The notes beneath the pieces are model-generated. The model worked only from the letters and a program-made list of their open reading frames with translations. It ran no database searches and was not told the DNA's origin. The translations under genes and the position numbers were made by a program. DNA of 64,000 nucleotides from NCBI GenBank assembly GCA_010015585.1, contig ML975152.1; one strand, written 5' to 3'. The stretch comes from Eremomyces bilateralis CBS 781.70. Lineage: Eukaryota. This document shows, piece by piece, positions 60,151 through 64,000 of the stretch (its first letter is position 1; each line of letters starts with the position of its first letter).

Positions 60151-61034
60151 GACCCAAAATTCAATCAATTATGGAGAAAAAGCAGGGGAATCGAATGGTT
60201 ATATTTAATTGACGGAGCACAGTGTGGTTGTGGATGAAAATGGAGTTAAAAATGGTCTTCCATTTGGTATGAAAGCTCTCCACACACACCCAAAACCCAT
60301 TGACAGAATCCTCAGGCTATTTGTTCGAGGAGTGCATGTGACTTACCGATTAGGTATAGTCCCACTCCGGTGCCTTGGCACGACCACAAATAGCCTGAGC
60401 TTGCTGAGGTAAGGTCAATGTATGTCTTACTAAGAAATGTGATCATGTGATATTCACAAGCTTGTATGAGTTGTACTCCATCTTCACCACAGTCAGCGAG
60501 TGACCAGACGGACATCGTCACATGTGCATGGATCGTTAGTTTACTACCCCGTACCAGGTGGCACTTGAACTTGCTTCTAAACCTGGAGCCTTGCGACTTG
60601 CGACTGGCGCCAGTCCGCCATGACGATAAATCCTCGCTGCCAACCAACTTGACCGATAATCAACTCCTCCGGACTTCTCTGCCTCTTGTATATGCTGCTC
60701 GGTCCATCTTCCATCTCATATCACCAACCTAGTTATTGTTTCCCCGTGCTTCCCGCTGTACCCGTACTGCTGTTATCTATCCTTACCTATCCACATACTC
60801 GGCTGATATCAGATCGGCTGTCAGACCTGCAGGTCCGGCTCGTGATATCCGGGTGACACTGTTCCGTGTAACTTGTAACAGCCGGTCTATCGAAGAGACC
60901 CGCTAACACTCAAGATCCCTCCGTGTCTGTGTTGAGCCTGCCGTCATAGGCCAACACGAACAAAGACTCGTTGATTGCCCACATCACACACCCGAAACCT
61001 CCTTCCCGTACAAAACCCCTCTCGTCTTTCCACG

Positions 61035-62448
61035 ATGACCAGCGCTACCACGAGTCCCGAGCCCTTTCGCATCCCCTCCTCCATCCCTCCTCGAACAAGT
61101 TCTCACCGCCCCACCCTTTCCAACGGTCTCTCGCCAGCCTCTCCTCCGCGATCCACAAGCACCCCCAAACCACTCATCTCCGAATCAGACTGGATGAGTT
61201 CGTCACTTCAGGCTAACATAGCCCAAGGGAAAGCACCTGCGTATCCTCCGCAGACCTTCTCCTCATTTCCGTCGAAGACGGCTCAAGTACCCGGAGTCCA
61301 TTTGCAAAAGTCCGCCATGTCGCCGAGCGGTCCAGCAAGCGGCGGGGCAGAGATCGGCGTCCCCCCGAGGAACCCAAGAAGAAACGAAGAGGGGCGAGAT
61401 GAAAGCTCGGGATTGCCTCAGGCGGTATGGAACGATTCGAAGGAGAGCATCCTCTTGGCCCCGTATGAGTACATGTTCGGTCATCCAGGGAAAGACATCC
61501 GGACGCAGTTGATTGCTGCGTTCAATCTATGGTTGGATGTGCCAGAGAAAAGCCTAGAAGTCATCACCAAGGTAGTCGGGATGTTACACACCGCCAGCTT
61601 GCTGTAAGTCAAAATGTCAAGATACGAGGTACACAGGCTCATATTGATGGCATGGAACAGAGTGGACGACGTAGAAGACGCATCCTTATTGCGTCGTGGG
61701 GTACCCGTCGCCCATTCGATATTCGGCACGGCGCAAACGATCAACTCCGCAAACTACATCTACTTTCAAGCTCTCAAGGAACTGTCCGCGCTGAAGTCAC
61801 CGAAAGCCATCGAAATCTTTACGGACGAGCTCCTCAATCTCCACCGTGGGCAAGGCATGGACCTCTTCTGGCGCGACACCCTGACCTGCCCAACCGAAGC
61901 CGATTATTTGGAAATGGTCGGAAACAAGACGGGGGGGCTATTTCGGCTAGCGATCAAACTGATGCAGGCGGAATCCAGCATAGACATGTTCGTCCTTTCC
62001 CCTCGATCCCCGCATAGCATCCAGCTAACTTCCACGTAGTGACTGTACCCCTCTCGTCTCCACCATGGGCACCCTCTTCCAAATCCTCGACGACCACCTC
62101 AACCTCTCCTCCCAATCCTACTCCGTCCGCAAAGGCCACTGCGAAGACCTCACCGAGGGCAAGTTCTCCTTCCCCGTCATCCACGCCATCCGCGCCGACC
62201 CCCGCGACCTGGTGCTCGTCTCCATCCTGCGCCAGAAAACCAACGACGACGAGGTCAAGAAGTTCGCCGTGCGCTACATGGAGGGGAAGGGCAGTTTTCA
62301 GTATACAAGAGAGGTCATGGAGGGGTTGCGGGCGCGCGCGGTCGAGATGGTGGGCGCGTTGGTGGAGAAGGTGGATGGGTTCCGGGGACAGGGACAGCTG
62401 GGTGGGCAAGAGGTCATGGCAATCTTGGCGAGGATGAATGTCGACTGA
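61035..62448 (+). CDS. Geranylgeranyl pyrophosphate synthase (Al-3/Bts1 type), two introns
   Basis: [24 protein letters not shown] (first Asp-rich motif), [34 protein letters not shown] (second motif) and [20 protein letters not shown]. Confidence 0.96.
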
Positions 62449-62882
62449 TTCGTTCGATATATTTATTGCTTCGTTTCTATGGATGGGGAACAGCGGGCCT
62501 GGTTGGTTTTTTTGACATTCAGGTCTGCGTTGCATCGGTAGGCGTCCGGTTCGAACTCTGCGGAATCCGCGCCAGGATTTCGCTTGGGAAGAGAGGGGGA
62601 GAAATTGTGCGACGCCAAGGCCTCACTCGGGGTATTTATCCAGAAATATTTTGTAATCTAATTGATAGTAACTTCGAATCACGCAAATACCATGGCAGGC
62701 CATTCATCAGGGGTATCTACGCTCGGGAGAATGGATGCCAAACACCCGCATATATAAGAAACAACTTTGGATTTCGCTTTCATGTCACAGGTCATGCCTA
62801 CCCACGTCCGTCTCTCATGCAAACGCCCAACCCAATGCTAAGTCCCAACCCAAACAAACAAAACGCTCCCATCCGATCCTCC

Positions 62883-64000
62883 TCACCCCCCGCCCCGCTG
62901 CGCCAACAGTCCCGCCAGCGCGCCTAGCACCTCGCCCACATCCTCCTTCCCCCCGGCCGCCGCCCTGCCGTTCCGATCCCGCGCCTCCAAGAACTCCGCC
63001 GCCGTGCCGAGCACGCGGTCGGCCATGCGTTCGGCGGCGAGGCGGTACTGCTCGATGCGGTGGACGCCGTCGGCGAGGGTGTCGATGGAGGGTTCGAGGG
63101 AGTCGAGGAGAGGCTGGAGGCGGGATTCGAGGGCTGCTTTCGCGGTTTGGGGATGCGGTGATGGGGCGCGGGGGGGCTGGTCGTTGGAGGGGGGTGGTTG
63201 GGGGGTAGGTAGTAGAAGGGGTGGGTGGAGGATGGAGTTGAAGATGGTGGATTGTTCCGGGTCGTCGAGGAGGTCGGGGTGGATGGGGGAGGGGGGAGTC
63301 GATGTGGAGGGGTCGAAGGCCGGGATCGGGGGGAGCACGGAGGAAAGGGTTTCCCATGATTTCTTCTCCGCTTGGAGCCTAGCATTACTAGATTAGATGG
63401 ACGTTTCCGGGTGAAGATCGTGGCTAAGCGTTACCTTTCAATATCTTGCTCGAGCTCTTTCAGCTTTTCAACCATCTGAGCATTGCGCGGATTTGGTTTT
63501 TTAACTACTACTGCCGGCGCGATCTCTTCCTATAATATGGTCAGCCGAATAATTCGCCCATCAGCTACACGTCGACCTACCCTACTAAACCAATCCGATA
63601 TTTCCGGATTGTTCGCGAAGTCTTTCAGCAGCTCGGCCTGGATGTGACGTGCTACGCATTCCGTTAGCTCTATTGATTCTGCGCTCCGTTATGATTTCTC
63701 GGGTACTCGGGACTTACCAGCTTCGAGCGCTAGGACAGCGTTGGCATCGCCATTGCCGTTGGGTTTCTCTGGTATAGCTCGTGCTCCACACCACGTCAAA
63801 AGTTGGAGCATCCGTTTTGGCTCTAGGATGTTCTGGTCGATGTGTTTGTAGAACTCGAGGATCTCGACGTCGGCGTGTGGTACAGCTAGATAGAGTTCCA
63901 CGTCAGTATAATCCATTGACGAACAAAGTTGGGTAACCAGCTTTGATCTTTCCTCGACAGACAGGTCGCAGACTTGTCTAGACGCTGGTTCGATGACAGC
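62883..64000 (-). CDS. DSN1: Kinetochore Mis12-complex subunit Dsn1/Mis13, 3' part (5' end lies beyond the window), multi-exon
   Basis: Exons give VPHADVEILEFYKHID...EPKRMLQLLTWCGARA, ARHIQAELLKDF....EISDWFSR, KKPNPRN..., and LEPSIDTLADGVHRIEQYR. Confidence 0.85.

Larger units (their letters stand above)
58394..60411. mobile_element. Internally deleted, RIP-mutated DNA transposon with helicase and transposase remnants (AcademH-like), 2018 bp
   Basis: Perfect 24-25-bp TIR (T)TACCTCAGCAAGCTCAGGCTATTT; second perfect 25-bp IR at 58476-58500 / 60298-60322; flanking direct repeat GGTCAATGT (58385-58393, 60413-60421; 9/10 over 10 bp). That it is a TIR element is near certain; the superfamily is inferred. 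Confidence 0.85.

Noticed and set aside
23658..62448. Lipid or terpene biosynthetic gene cluster (esterase, acetoacetyl-CoA synthetase, LCB2, PSD2, GGPPS)
   Set aside because: The genes are dispersed among unrelated housekeeping genes; no terpene cyclase, PKS, NRPS, P450 or cluster-type transporter is present.

Overview
Gene-dense, intron-containing nuclear DNA of a filamentous ascomycete (Pezizomycotina; GT-AG introns with CTRAC/CTAAC branch sites), with about 23 protein-coding genes. Most are housekeeping: Rab-GAP, tyrosine phosphatase-like protein, eisosome protein, F-box, OSCA/CSC1 channel, PCH2, bZIP factor, acetoacetyl-CoA synthetase, LCB2, nuclear ATP9, CCCH protein, GT8, PSD2, group I G-alpha, NHP2, SIN Cdc14, GGPP synthase and a partial DSN1/Mis13. 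Two mobile-element islands are the most notable structures, and neither is evident from the ORF track alone. (1) 40.3-43.9 kb is a nest. A complete 3389-bp hAT transposon (TIRs, perfect 8-bp TSD) carries one nonsense codon, and its transposase is interrupted just after the catalytic-Glu motif by a 285-bp solo LTR (TG...CA, 5-bp TSD). The hAT itself appears to sit inside a ~190-bp hAT-type miniature element. (2) 58.4-60.4 kb is a 2.0-kb internally deleted, RIP-mutated DNA transposon with perfect bipartite TIRs and a 9-10-bp TSD. It holds convergent remnants of a RecQ-like helicase and a putative transposase, the architecture of an AcademH-like element, and is inserted in a tandem repeat in the divergent cdc14/GGPPS promoter. 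No tRNA, rRNA or CRISPR was recognised. All assignments come from reading motifs by eye; no database searches were run.
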